From NCBI GenBank assembly GCA_041398325.1, contig JAWKUX010000014.1, positions 20,596 to 84,595 on the forward strand: a stretch of 64,000 bases of DNA. Reading direction: 5' to 3'. The DNA comes from Hyphomonadaceae bacterium. GTDB taxonomy: Bacteria; Pseudomonadota; Alphaproteobacteria; Caulobacterales; Aquidulcibacteraceae. The notes under the pieces were generated by a model that was not told where the DNA came from, did not search any database, and saw only the letters and a list, made by a program, of their open reading frames with translations. Below are positions 17,978 to 28,133 of the stretch, in pieces. Positions within the stretch are counted from its first letter, which is position 1; every line of letters begins with the position of its first letter. The position numbers and the translations under genes are program-made.

Positions 17978-19380
17978 TGGGCGCCTGCGAGCTCCGTTAG
18001 CAGCACATGCCACTGCGTGAGGCCATTGTAGAAGCTGTCCACGGGCACGCGCTCATTGAGCCCATGGGCGAAATCGTCGTTGTCACTGATGAAGATGGCG
18101 CCAACGCCGTAGGTCGGGATGCCGGCGGCGCGGAAGAAGATGCCGTCGGTTGCGCCAGCCGACATGTAGGGAGACATAACGGCATTCGGGTAGTTGACGT
18201 GCACTGCGCGTGCGGTGGCTTGCATCACGTCGGGACGCAATGGCGAAGCGTCGCTCGAGTTAGACGGCCCGAGTTGCGTGACCTCGACCTTGTTGCCGGC
18301 GATGGCGCGAAGTTCAGCCAGCACATCATTCACAGCGACGCCTGGGAAGATACGGCAGTTTACGGTGGCGCTCGCGCTCTGCGGCAGGGCGTTTTCGGCG
18401 TGGCCGCCGGCCAACATGGTGGCGACACAGGTGGTGCGCATCATCGCGGAAAGCGAAACGTTGCGCGACAGCGTGCGCGCGGCGACGCGATCACCGGGGT
18501 TTTCTGCAAAGCGGCGAAGTGCTGCGCCCTCAGCGCCCGGAAACGCGCGCGCGGCGTTGCGGAAGCTCTCGATCGTGGTTTCGTTCCACATGATCGGGAA
18601 CTGGAAAGCGCGCAGCCGGGCAAGCGCATCGCCGAGATCGTAGATGGCGTTGTCTTCGCGCGGCTGCGAGGAGTGGCCGCCGGGATTGCGCGCTGTGAAG
18701 GTAAAGCTGGCGTAGGTCTTCTCTGCTGTCTGCAGGACGTAGGCGATGCCGCGATTGTTGCCGTCGAGTTGGCCGCCGCCAGCGTCGGAGTTGAGCGCAT
18801 ACTCAGCGTTGCCGAGCAGGTCGCGATGATTGGCGAGCAAGGCTTCAGTCGTTGCGCCGGTGGTTTCTTCGTCACCCGAGAACCAGATGATGAGATCGCG
18901 CGTGGGCACGAAGCCTTCGGCGCGGAGCGTCAGGAAGGTCGAGGTGAGTTGAGCAATGCCGCCCTTGTTGTCGATTGTGCCGCGGCCAAAGAAGAAGCCG
19001 CGCTCCTCAATGAGCGTGAACGGATCGCGCTCCCAGTCGGTACGCAGCGCGGGTACCACGTCCATGTGCGCGAGCAGCAAGATAGGACGGCCGCCTGAGC
19101 CGTTACCGCGATAGCGGACGAGCAGGCCCGCTGTGCCATTGAGCGGTAGGACGTGAACGTCTTCGGCAGCAAATCCCGCGTTGCGAAAGAGGCCTGCGAG
19201 ATAGTCGGCCATGGCAGGGGTCTGGCCGCCATCGACGGACGTGTCGAAGGCGATGACGCGTTGGTAGATGTCGCGCGCTTGCCCGCGCTGCGCCTCGCTC
19301 GGCGCTTGTGCCGAAGCCGCGCTGCCCAAGCCGCAGAAAAAGACGGCGCTCAGCAGCAGCGCCCGAACCCAATCGCCCAT
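17974..19380 (-). CDS. M20/M25/M40 family metallopeptidase (signal peptide)
   Basis: LLLAHMDVVP, FGRGTIDNKGG and GDEETG metal-binding motifs. N-terminal signal peptide. Confidence 0.85.
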   Translation of the reverse strand: MGDWVRALLLSAVFFCGLGSAASAQAPSEAQRGQARDIYQRVIAFDTSVDGGQTPAMADYLAGLFRNAGFAAEDVHVLPLNGTAGLLVRYRGNGSGGRPILLLAHMDVVPALRTDWERDPFTLIEERGFFFGRGTIDNKGGIAQLTSTFLTLRAEGFVPTRDLIIWFSGDEETTGATTEALLANHRDLLGNAEYALNSDAGGGQLDGNNRGIAYVLQTAEKTYASFTFTARNPGGHSSQPREDNAIYDLGDALARLRAFQFPIMWNETTIESFRNAARAFPGAEGAALRRFAENPGDRVAARTLSRNVSLSAMMRTTCVATMLAGGHAENALPQSASATVNCRIFPGVAVNDVLAELRAIAGNKVEVTQLGPSNSSDASPLRPDVMQATARAVHVNYPNAVMSPYMSAGATDGIFFRAAGIPTYGVGAIFISDNDDFAHGLNERVPVDSFYNGLTQWHVLLTELAGAQ

Positions 19381-19457
19381 GAGAATCCCCAATCGTTCCG
19401 GGCATCGTGGCCCGAGGGTTAGCGCTTTGGCAAGGGATTGGGCGCAGGGCTAGGGTG

Positions 19458-20699
19458 ATGTCACTTGCGCATGCGCCCGCCAGCACCGCCGCGCCCACTT
19501 TTGCGCGCTGGGAGCCTGTGGCCGCGACTTTGTGCTTGGTGCAATTCTCTGAACCTTTGTTTGCCGCGATTGCACAGAGTCAGGGGCTGACCGATCCGCC
19601 TGGCTATGCGCGCGTATTCTTCGTGCCGGTGTATGCATTCCTGGCCTGGGTGATGTGGCGCGATCGCGCGCAGGCGATGGCGACAGCGCGCGCCGTGCCG
19701 TTGCTGATGGGATTGCTCGCGCTTGCTGCACTCTCGACGCTGTGGTCGATCGATAGCGCGGCAACGCTGCGGCGCTCGGTGTGGCTCGCGCTGACGATGG
19801 CGTTCGGGCTCTATCTTGCTTGGCGCCATGATTGGAAATCGTTGCTCAACATTCTCGCGGGTGGCTTCGTCGTCCTGATTGCTGGTTCGTTTGTGCTCGG
19901 CGTGCTCGCGCCCAACATTGGCCGCATGACATTCGAGCACCCCGGTGCGTGGTCGGGCCTGTGGACGCATAAGAATACGCTCGGCGGCGTCATGGCGCTT
20001 GGCGTTGCGATCTGTACGGCGGCCGCGATCGCTACGCCGGAGCGGCGCAAGCTCTGGCTTGGCTGCGCGTTGGCGGCGTTTCTGCTGGTGCTGTTGTCAA
20101 TGTCTAAGACAGCACTGATCGCTTCGGTGCTTGGTCTTGGCGTCATGTGTTTCTGTGCGCTCGTGCGTCAAGGGCCGATTCATACGATCAGCGCGAGCGC
20201 GTTTGTTGGCGTGTTCTTGGTGGCAGGGGTTGGGGCGATCGTGCTGGCGCCCGATCTGGTTGTCGTCGCGCTCGGGCGCGATCTCACGCTAACAGGGCGC
20301 ACGGATATTTGGAACGCTGCCGCACGCTTCGTCGAAGCCAAACCGTGGCTGGGCTACGGCTACTATGCGTTCTGGCTGCCGGACAACGGGCCTGCGTATT
20401 GGGTGCGCGAGGCGGTGGCTTGGCAGGTTGCGTCTGCGCACTCAAGCTGGCTTGAACTCGCGCTTGGCATGGGCCGCGTTGGCGTCGCTCTGTTCGCGCT
20501 TCAACTCTTGGCGACGTTCTCGCGCGGCATGGGCGTGGTGATGCAACGCCACTCCGGGCTCTGGGCGCCGGCATTTCTGGCGACGTTCGCGCTTTACACG
20601 TTGAGCGAGAGCCACGCGCTGCAGGCCAACAACATCTTCTGGATCGTCTATGTAGCGGTCGCCGCGCGACTCACGCTTGATGCGAGACAACACGCATGA
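19458..20699 (+). CDS. O-antigen ligase (Wzy_C) family membrane protein
   Basis: Polytopic membrane protein with an SAHSSWLELALGMG motif region. Start uncertain (GTG 19407 or ATG 19458). Confidence 0.65.
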   Translation: MSLAHAPASTAAPTFARWEPVAATLCLVQFSEPLFAAIAQSQGLTDPPGYARVFFVPVYAFLAWVMWRDRAQAMATARAVPLLMGLLALAALSTLWSIDSAATLRRSVWLALTMAFGLYLAWRHDWKSLLNILAGGFVVLIAGSFVLGVLAPNIGRMTFEHPGAWSGLWTHKNTLGGVMALGVAICTAAAIATPERRKLWLGCALAAFLLVLLSMSKTALIASVLGLGVMCFCALVRQGPIHTISASAFVGVFLVAGVGAIVLAPDLVVVALGRDLTLTGRTDIWNAAARFVEAKPWLGYGYYAFWLPDNGPAYWVREAVAWQVASAHSSWLELALGMGRVGVALFALQLLATFSRGMGVVMQRHSGLWAPAFLATFALYTLSESHALQANNIFWIVYVAVAARLTLDARQHA

Positions 20700-21193
20700 C
20701 GGCTATTCTCATTCTCGGTGTCGACCCTGGCCTCAATCGTTGCGGTTGGGGTTTGATCTTAAGCGAAGGCTCGCGTCTCAGTCACGTCGCGCACGGCGTC
20801 ATCAAGCCGCCGCAGCAACAGCAGCTCGCGTCGCGTCTGCATGATGTGTTCGAAGGCTTGAGCGCGGTGATTGAACAATTCCAGCCGCACGAAGCAGCGG
20901 TCGAAGAGACTTTCGTCAATTCCAACGCGCGCGCGGCGCTGGCGCTTGGACAGGCGCGCGGCGTTGCGCTCGCGGCTGCCGCACGGCGGGGGCTCGCTGT
21001 CGCTGAATACGCGCCGACGACGATCAAAAAGGCGGTGGTAGGATCGGGCGCGGCGGACAAGACCCAGATCGCGTTCATGGTCCGCCGCTTGCTGCCCACC
21101 GCCGGTGATGTCACCGCGGACGCCGCTGATGCGTTGGGCGTCGCGCTCTGCCACGCCGCTCACGGTGGCTTCAAACGACGCGCGGGGGCGTAG
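20696..21193 (+). CDS. ruvC: Crossover junction endodeoxyribonuclease RuvC
   Basis: ILGVDPGLNRCGWG start and catalytic D/E residues. ATGA overlap with the upstream gene. Confidence 0.9.
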   Translation: MTAILILGVDPGLNRCGWGLILSEGSRLSHVAHGVIKPPQQQQLASRLHDVFEGLSAVIEQFQPHEAAVEETFVNSNARAALALGQARGVALAAAARRGLAVAEYAPTTIKKAVVGSGAADKTQIAFMVRRLLPTAGDVTADAADALGVALCHAAHGGFKRRAGA

Positions 21194-21217
21194 CGCGGTG
21201 GTGAAGCGCTTTGAGCG

Positions 21218-23266
21218 CTACCAGATGGTGACGCGCTGATCTGGCGGCAGATAAAGCGCATCCCCTGGCTGTACGTTGAACGCTTCGTACCACGCATCCA
21301 TGTTGCGGGCGGGACCGTTGATGCGGTAGCGCGCCGGTGAGTGCGGGCCAGTCATCACTTGATTGCGTAGCGATTGCTCGCGCTGAAGCTGCTTGCGGTG
21401 CTGGGCGCGTCCCATGAAGAAACGCTGCAGGCCGGTTGTACCTTCCAGCACTGGCGGTTCGGCGCCGTTCAGCGAAATGCGATACGCGTGCAGCGCCACT
21501 TGCAAGCCGCCGCAATCGCCGATGTTCTCGCCGAGCGAGAGGCGGCCGTTTAGGTGAAGTCCTGGCAGCGGTTCGAATTGCGAGTATTGATCAGCGAGGC
21601 GATCAGTCACTTCGCGGAAGCGGCGCACGTCATCTTCATTCCACCAGTCGCGCAACACGCCGTGCGCATCGGACTTGGCGCCTTGGTCGTCGAAGCCGTG
21701 ACCCATTTCGTGGCCGATGACGCCACCAATAGCGCCATAGTTCACGGCTGGATCGGCGTTTGGGTCAAACAGCGGCGGCTGCAAATAGCCGGCGGGGAAG
21801 ACGATCTCGTTGAACGGCGGGTTGTAATAGGCGTTCACAGAATGCGGGTTCATGAACCACTCTTCGCGATCGCTCGGGCGGCCGAGGCGGTTCAGATCGT
21901 TCTGCCAATCCCAAATCGCGAAGCGTTTCTGGTTGCCGAAAGCGTCGCCAGCGCGGACTTCAAAGCCGGAATAGTCTTTCCAGCGATCCGGGTAACCGAT
22001 CTTCGGACGGAAAGTCGCTAGCTTTTCGCGCGCGCGCACTTTGGTTTCGGCGCTCATCCATTGCGATTGATCGATGCGCTCGCCGTAGGCGCGGCGCATG
22101 TTTTCCACTAGCTCCAACGCCTGCGCTTTGGTCTCTGGCGGGAAGTGACGTTGCACGTAGAGTTCGCCAATGGCTTCGCCCAGCGTGCCGTTGACGGATT
22201 GGATTGCGCGCTGCCAACGGTCGCGTTGACGCTGCTGGCCGCTGAGTTGGCGGCCGTAGAAATCGAAATTGGCGTCGTCGATGGCGCGCGGCAGCACGGA
22301 CGCACGCGCGCGCACGTAGTGCCAGGTGATATAATCTTTCCACGTCACGACCGGCGTTGCGAGAACAAGTTCGGCAAGCGGCGCCATCGCGCTCAGTTCG
22401 GCGACAACGACTTCTTCCTGGTTCGAAAGTCCGCGTGCGTCGAAGTACGCATCCCAGGGAAAATTCGGCGCAAGCGCTCGGACCTGCGCGCGCGTCAGCA
22501 GATTGTAGGTGCGCTCGCGTTCGCGGCGATCGGCAACAGGCCAATGCAGGTCGGCGATGCGGCGCTCTAGCGCCATAATGCCGGCCGCTTTCGCCGCGTC
22601 GCTGCTTTGGCCGACGCGGCCAAGCATATCGGCGCACGCAGCTTCGTAGCCGGTGCGCAGCTCGGGAAATTGACGATCATCGCGGCGATAATATTCGCGC
22701 TCCGGCAGGCCGAGGCCGCCGTGGGTCATCTGCGGCAGGTAGCGGTCGGGGTTGCGCTCATCGAGACCGATATAGATCGCGATCGGGAAGGAGACGCCGT
22801 TGCCCGGCGTGCCGACAAAACGAACGACGTCTTCGTGTGAGCTGAGCGCTGCGATTTGCGCCAGTGCGGGTTGGACTGGCTCAAGCCCACGCGCGTCGAT
22901 CGCGTCTTGATCAAGATAGGCGTTGTAATAGTCGGCGATCTTTTGACGGTTCGAACCAGGCGCACCGCCGCTCGCGGCAGCTTCTTCGATAATCGCGCGC
23001 ACGTCATGCTCGGCTTTCACCGTGAGGATGTCGTTGGTGCCCCACGATGTGCGGTCGTCCGGAATAGTGTTCGCGTTCAACCACGCGCCATTCACGTATT
23101 GGAAGAAGTCGTCGCCCGGCCTCACGCTAGGATCGACCGCAGTCATGTCGATGCCGAAGGCGCCGATGGCGGCGCGCCCTCCCGGCGTCGAGCCGCCGCC
23201 GGTGCCAGTGGCGCAGCCCGCGAGCAGCGCGAGCGAAGATGTTGTGACGGCGCGGCGTGTGAACAT
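21218..23266 (-). CDS. M13 family metallopeptidase (PepO/neprilysin-like), lipoprotein
   Basis: HEMGHGFDDQG (HExxH), NAYY, and lipobox LLAGCATG. 682 aa. Confidence 0.9.
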   Translation of the reverse strand: MFTRRAVTTSSLALLAGCATGTGGGSTPGGRAAIGAFGIDMTAVDPSVRPGDDFFQYVNGAWLNANTIPDDRTSWGTNDILTVKAEHDVRAIIEEAAASGGAPGSNRQKIADYYNAYLDQDAIDARGLEPVQPALAQIAALSSHEDVVRFVGTPGNGVSFPIAIYIGLDERNPDRYLPQMTHGGLGLPEREYYRRDDRQFPELRTGYEAACADMLGRVGQSSDAAKAAGIMALERRIADLHWPVADRRERERTYNLLTRAQVRALAPNFPWDAYFDARGLSNQEEVVVAELSAMAPLAELVLATPVVTWKDYITWHYVRARASVLPRAIDDANFDFYGRQLSGQQRQRDRWQRAIQSVNGTLGEAIGELYVQRHFPPETKAQALELVENMRRAYGERIDQSQWMSAETKVRAREKLATFRPKIGYPDRWKDYSGFEVRAGDAFGNQKRFAIWDWQNDLNRLGRPSDREEWFMNPHSVNAYYNPPFNEIVFPAGYLQPPLFDPNADPAVNYGAIGGVIGHEMGHGFDDQGAKSDAHGVLRDWWNEDDVRRFREVTDRLADQYSQFEPLPGLHLNGRLSLGENIGDCGGLQVALHAYRISLNGAEPPVLEGTTGLQRFFMGRAQHRKQLQREQSLRNQVMTGPHSPARYRINGPARNMDAWYEAFNVQPGDALYLPPDQRVTIW

Positions 23267-23402
23267 GGTCGTAAGCTCCCCTGAAACTTGGCCCTGTTTG
23301 CCTTAGGGGCGCTGTTCCGGCCAGCCGCCTCAATGGCCTTGAGACGAGCCGACACGAAGACGCGCCGCTTGCGCGTTTTCCCCGGCAAGGCAAAGTCGGC
23401 CC

Positions 23403-24605
23403 ATGATCCGTCGCCCGATGCTGATGCTTCTGGTCTTAGCAGCCTGCGCGTCGCCGTCTGCGGTCGCGCCGCCGCCGATTGCCGTGACGGCGGCCTATGA
23501 CGAGCGCTCCCTCTGTGCCGAGGCGCCGGCGGAGAGTCCAATTTGCGTAGATGATGTCAGCGATATCGATGAGACGACCGCGCGAGTCGTCCTTGGCGAC
23601 CAAGAGCTGGTCGTGCGCCGCGAAGGCGATCGTCTCACGGCGTTCGCGCGCGTGGCTGCCGAGAGCGCCAGCCTTTGTTGTTCGCTGCAGGGAGAGATGA
23701 CGCGGATTGCCGAAACGGATCTCTTCGTCGCCCGCTATCGGCTCGCGCGGCTGGATGAGGCTGTACTTACGTTCGTTCCGTCGACCTGGCTTCGCAACCA
23801 ACGTGAATTTCGTATGGAAGACCAGCCGCGTTGGATTGGTCCGAACGCGCCCCCGCCACCGCCGGTTGTCACTGAGCTTCGTGGGCAACGCTTCGAGCGC
23901 ACGTTGTGGAGCGAGTATTTGGGGGAGACGCGGCGTCTCTATTTCTATTTGCCGCCGGGACATGATCGCACGCGCACCTATCCAGTCGTCTTTATGGCGG
24001 ACGGTGCGAGCGTGATGGTCTTGGCGCCGATGTTCGAACGGCTAATTGACGACGGCAAGATCGCGCCGGTGATTTTCGCGGGCGCAGCCTCGGGGCGGGA
24101 AGCCATTGTCGAGGATCGGTCGAGCCTCGGCATCAGTGACATCCGAGCGGCTGACTATCTGCCGGGGCGTGAAGAACGCATTCCGCGCTTCGAGCAACAT
24201 CTTCGCTTCTTCTCGGAGGAGTTGGTCGACTATGCAAGCCGCGAGTTTGGCGGCGCGCGTGATCCAGCGCAGCGCGTCGTGACCGGTTTTTCCAATGGCG
24301 GGTCGTTTAGTCTCTTCGCCGCGCTGCGGCGGCCCGATGTGTTCGGCATTTCGATGCCGTTATCACCGAGTTGGCGGGCGTTGCCAGAAGAGGATCTCTC
24401 GCGGCCACTGCGTGCGCGGTTCTTGATGTCTGCGGGGCCTTACGAAATCGGGCGTCAACGGCGCGCAAGCCAGTATGCCGAAACGCTCCGCTCGCGTGGG
24501 TTCGATGTGACGATGCAGACGCCAGCCATGGGCCATGACCGGGATCAGGAAGCGGCGATGCTGGCCCAGTACTTGCCGATGGTGTTCCCGCCGGCCTTGC
24601 GTTAG
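23403..24605 (+). CDS. Esterase family alpha/beta hydrolase (enterochelin-esterase/esterase D-like), lipoprotein
   Basis: YPVVFMADG and GFSNGG motifs. Lipobox LLVLAACASP. Confidence 0.7.
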   Translation: MIRRPMLMLLVLAACASPSAVAPPPIAVTAAYDERSLCAEAPAESPICVDDVSDIDETTARVVLGDQELVVRREGDRLTAFARVAAESASLCCSLQGEMTRIAETDLFVARYRLARLDEAVLTFVPSTWLRNQREFRMEDQPRWIGPNAPPPPPVVTELRGQRFERTLWSEYLGETRRLYFYLPPGHDRTRTYPVVFMADGASVMVLAPMFERLIDDGKIAPVIFAGAASGREAIVEDRSSLGISDIRAADYLPGREERIPRFEQHLRFFSEELVDYASREFGGARDPAQRVVTGFSNGGSFSLFAALRRPDVFGISMPLSPSWRALPEEDLSRPLRARFLMSAGPYEIGRQRRASQYAETLRSRGFDVTMQTPAMGHDRDQEAAMLAQYLPMVFPPALR

Positions 24606-25774
24606 GCGCGCGCAATCAGGCCGTAGGAGAGCAGGGTGGAGACCATGGCTTCGGGTTTTTCGCCGCCAATGTCGTCCAGCGAAAACGCTTGGCCGGTCAA
24701 CGCCCGCTCAAGCGCTAGACGCTGATCTGGCGCGAATTTGAGTTCGCCGCCAGCGCAGATAAGGATGATGTCATCGCCATCCTCCGCGACACGCGAAGGC
24801 GTACGTGGCTGGGCTTTGAAACGATCTCCTGGTGCGATGCCGTCGATGTCGCGCACGGCAAAGCGATTGTGCGCTGGCCGCGAGCGAATGAAGGTGTCCA
24901 CCATCAGATCCAGCGCGGGGTCTAGCTTCACGTCGTCGACCAGGCCCTGCATCAGTGTTCTCAGGTGCGCGCGCGCTTTCTCGCGATCGAAATCGCCACG
25001 CGCGAAACCAGGTGGCAAACTACGGCGCAACTCGGGTGAGCGCAGCGCCGCCTCCGATACGGCCTCGAGCATCAGATCGGCCCACGTGCGAGCGATAATG
25101 CCGACCGTGATGTGAAGCGAGGGCTTGTCGCCAGAGGTCTGCGCGTCGTGCATCAGGCCGCGCGGTACGTATGCGCAGTCGCCGGGCTTCAGCACGAACT
25201 CCTGGCGCAGCGCGCCTGGCTCATACTTGCCGGCTTCGAAGCCTTCGCCTCGGAATGGTGTCGAGATCGGCATGTCGTAGAGACGCCAAGCCTTCTCACC
25301 TTCCACCTGAATCACAAGCACGTCGTGATTGTCGTAATGGGTGCGGAAGCCCTGCGCGTTCGGAGGCGTGAGGTAGATGTTGGTCTGCACGTGTGAAGAA
25401 AACACGTGCTCCAAGCCGCGACACAGCCGCGCCAGCGCGGGATCGAACTGGTGCGCCTGGTTCAGGATGATGGTCGAGCCGCGGCGATAGTGATCAGCGA
25501 CGGCGCCCCGATCGATGAAGCTGGCTTCGTCGACGTAGGAATCTGAATCGACCTGCGAGGCCGCATTCGCGAGCGCCAGTTGGCCTTCGCGCAGATCTAG
25601 CGTGGTGACGATCCGATCGATATCATCCAGCGAGATGAGGCCAGCAAAGCGGTCTGGCGCATCGTGATGCACCACTAGCGCTTCGCGCTCGTAGATGCGC
25701 GAAAAGAACTCGTCTTCCCGCCCGGCCCCTATGAGGTAGCCGAGCGGATCGACGAGCCACGGCTCGTGAGACAT
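24602..25774 (-). CDS. Cupin-4/JmjC domain protein (Fe(II)/2OG oxygenase-like, ROX/YcfD-like)
   Basis: HYDNHDVLVIQVEGEKAW (HxD...H facial triad region) and GDCAYVPRGLMH. Confidence 0.65.
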   Translation of the reverse strand: MSHEPWLVDPLGYLIGAGREDEFFSRIYEREALVVHHDAPDRFAGLISLDDIDRIVTTLDLREGQLALANAASQVDSDSYVDEASFIDRGAVADHYRRGSTIILNQAHQFDPALARLCRGLEHVFSSHVQTNIYLTPPNAQGFRTHYDNHDVLVIQVEGEKAWRLYDMPISTPFRGEGFEAGKYEPGALRQEFVLKPGDCAYVPRGLMHDAQTSGDKPSLHITVGIIARTWADLMLEAVSEAALRSPELRRSLPPGFARGDFDREKARAHLRTLMQGLVDDVKLDPALDLMVDTFIRSRPAHNRFAVRDIDGIAPGDRFKAQPRTPSRVAEDGDDIILICAGGELKFAPDQRLALERALTGQAFSLDDIGGEKPEAMVSTLLSYGLIARA

Positions 25775-25782
25775 GAACTAAC

Positions 25783-26196
25783 TTACCAGTTGCGGCGCGG
25801 GCCGCGTCCGTAGCCGCCGCGGTCGGCGGCATTGCCGCTGTCGCCATCGGTGACGCCGCTTGCGGTGCGGCGCGTTGCGCCACGGCCATTGCCCGCATTG
25901 TCGGCGTTGCCGCCGGAATCGGTGTCGGTGAGACCAGTCCGGCCGCGGCCATTGGTGTTGCCGCCGAGGCCGTAACCTGCGCGGTCGGCGCCGTTGCCGC
26001 TGTCGCTGTCGGTCAGGCCGGTGCGACCGTAGCCGCCGCGGTCAGCATAGCTGCCGCTGTCGTTGTCGGTGCGGCCGGTGTAGTTCTGGGCTTCGGCTTT
26101 GCCGGTGATCATGGCCGTGGCGCCGCCAGCGATTAGCGCGCCCCCCGCGATGCGGGTCATAAAAGAACGGCGGTTGAGTTTCTTCTTGTCGGACAT
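25783..26196 (-). CDS. Tat-signal Gly/Asp-rich tandem-repeat secreted protein
   Basis: MSDKKKLNRRSFMTRIAGGALIAGGATA twin-arginine signal. At least 4 repeats of G-x-TD-x-DSG-x-x-AD-x-x-GYG. GGGGGG RBS before the ATG. Confidence 0.55.
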   Translation of the reverse strand: MSDKKKLNRRSFMTRIAGGALIAGGATAMITGKAEAQNYTGRTDNDSGSYADRGGYGRTGLTDSDSGNGADRAGYGLGGNTNGRGRTGLTDTDSGGNADNAGNGRGATRRTASGVTDGDSGNAADRGGYGRGPRRNW

Positions 26197-26389
26197 GAAC
26201 CCCCCGGATCGACTTGCTGCCAGTGCTCGCAGCCATTGTCCTCGCACAGAATCAGTAACACGCGTTCGGGGCGTTCGTCAGCGTGAGAATGGTTCGCAAG
26301 AGGTCCCGCATTCGTGGGGATGGTACGGCGGTCATGAGCTTCCCGGTGTCCGCCGAATCTCACGATGATGGCGGCAGCAAGAGGTCAGA

Positions 26390-27010
26390 ATGATCGGGTC
26401 TTTGAGTGGTGTCGTGGCGGCAGTGGGTGAGGACACCGCACTGATCGATGTGGGCGGCGTCGGGTACGTCGTGCAGTCGGGTGGGCGCACGCTGGCGCGG
26501 CTGCAGGTTGGCGGACCGGCGCGGCTTTATGTCGAGACGCATGTGCGCGAGGATGCGATCAAGCTGTTCGGCTTCGCCTCCGAGGAAGAACGCGCCTGGT
26601 TCGCGCACCTGCAAACTATTCCAGGCGTCGGCGCCAAGGTGGCGCTGGGCATTCTCGACGCGATGCCGCCGGAAGCGCTGGCTGACGCGATTGCACTGCA
26701 AGACAAAGCTGCGTTCGCACGCGCCAACGGTGTGGGTCCGAAGCTTGCCGCGCGCTTGGCGACGGAACTGACAGGCAAGGGCGGGCCTAAGGGTTTCATC
26801 GGTCTGGGCGCGCCGGCGCCACGGGCCGCGAACGCGCCATCGGCTGTCTCCGGAACCGGCGCCCGCGCTGAGGCGGTCTCGGCGCTGGTGAACCTCGGCA
26901 TCGACCAATCGAGCGCCGCGCGCGCGGTGGCTTCGGCCGCCAAACAGTTCGAAGCGGATGCGCCGGCGCCGGAACTGATCCGCGCCGCGCTGAAGGAGGT
27001 CAGCCGCTAG
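26390..27010 (+). CDS. ruvA: Holliday junction DNA helicase RuvA
   Basis: MIGSLSGVV...HLQTIPGVGAKVALGILD helix-hairpin-helix motifs. AAGAGG RBS. Confidence 0.9.
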   Translation: MIGSLSGVVAAVGEDTALIDVGGVGYVVQSGGRTLARLQVGGPARLYVETHVREDAIKLFGFASEEERAWFAHLQTIPGVGAKVALGILDAMPPEALADAIALQDKAAFARANGVGPKLAARLATELTGKGGPKGFIGLGAPAPRAANAPSAVSGTGARAEAVSALVNLGIDQSSAARAVASAAKQFEADAPAPELIRAALKEVSR

Positions 27011-27060
27011 TGTAAGGAACGCGTCCCGGCCGGCCGTCTAAGGCTGAAAAGGGAGCGTTC

Positions 27061-27537
27061 GTGGGCGAAGAACAATTCCAGGCATTGGTTAGGGAGCACA
27101 TCGGCGTGCTCCATCGCGTTGCCCGCGGCTTCGCGACTGGCGCGGATCAGCAAGATTTGCTGCAGGAAATGCTGATTGCGGTCTGGCGCGCGGCGCCGGC
27201 GTTTCGCGGCGAAAGTGCGCCGAGCACTTTCATCTTCCGCGTCGCGCACAATCGCGCGCTGACTTGGCGGCGCGGCGAGGTGCGCCGGCGGCGGCGCGAT
27301 GATGAATATCAACGCCTGCACGTCGAAGAGGTTAGCGGCGAAGATCCGCTGCTGGAGCAACTCTACGCCGCCATTCGCCAGCTTGAGCCGCTTGATCGCT
27401 CGCTCGTGCTCTTGTCGCTTGAGGGCCAGAGCTACGCCGAGATCGCCGCGCTGCACGGGCTTTCGGAAACCAATGTCGGCGCGCGGCTTTCGCGGGCGCG
27501 CCAGAAACTCACACAACTCACGGAGCAGGCGTCATGA
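27061..27537 (+). CDS. ECF-type RNA polymerase sigma-70 family factor
   Basis: Region 2 (FIFRVAHNRALTWRR) and region 4 HTH (LEGQSYAEIAALHGLSETNVGARLSRARQKL). GTG start with GGGAG RBS. Confidence 0.8.
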   Translation: MGEEQFQALVREHIGVLHRVARGFATGADQQDLLQEMLIAVWRAAPAFRGESAPSTFIFRVAHNRALTWRRGEVRRRRRDDEYQRLHVEEVSGEDPLLEQLYAAIRQLEPLDRSLVLLSLEGQSYAEIAALHGLSETNVGARLSRARQKLTQLTEQAS

Positions 27538-28133
27538 ATTATGAAGCATTGCAAGCGGCTTGGGCGTCGAGCGGTAATAATCCGAGTGCTGCGGCCAGCG
27601 CCTACGTCATGGCTGAAGCGCAAGCGGAGCTTTCGCAGCGCGCATCGAACTTGCGGCGGATGTTGGTGTTTGCCGGTGTGATGCTGACGATTCCGCTGGC
27701 GCTGATGGGCGTCGATATATTCACCGGCCAGGTGGATGCGATCGATCTCAGCCGCGAGTGGGGGCTCGTTCCGTTTGCTCTGATCCCGTTCATCGCGCTG
27801 TTTGTGATCGCGCAGCGGGCCGCGCCTAAGGCGCCGCCAAGTGGCTCGTTGCTGCAAACGTTCCGCGCGCTGCGGGCTGATAATGCGGCGGCGCGGCTGC
27901 GTATCTTCATCATCGGTGGCGCGATGCTGGTGTTTGCGCCGTTGCTCTTGGTGCTGCTCAACCAGATTGTCGCTACCGGCAAAATGGCGTCGCACGAGAT
28001 GCAAAGCGCGGCGCTTGTGCTGGGCGGGGCGCTGGCGCTCAGCGCGGGCTGGATGGGTGTGAAGTATGTCACCCAGCTCGCACCCGAGCGCCGCCACCTC
28101 GATGCGCTGATCGCGCAGTACGAGACGACCTAG
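27534..28133 (+). CDS. Putative membrane anti-sigma factor
   Basis: ATGA overlap with the sigma factor stop. Cytoplasmic N-terminus plus 3-4 TM helices. Confidence 0.5.
   Translation: MNYEALQAAWASSGNNPSAAASAYVMAEAQAELSQRASNLRRMLVFAGVMLTIPLALMGVDIFTGQVDAIDLSREWGLVPFALIPFIALFVIAQRAAPKAPPSGSLLQTFRALRADNAAARLRIFIIGGAMLVFAPLLLVLLNQIVATGKMASHEMQSAALVLGGALALSAGWMGVKYVTQLAPERRHLDALIAQYETT

Noticed and set aside
26270-26300. Possible LexA/SOS box upstream of ruvA (GTTC..GTTC)
   Set aside because: The two GTTC half-sites are spaced by 5 nt, not the 7 nt of the alphaproteobacterial GTTC-N7-GTTC consensus.
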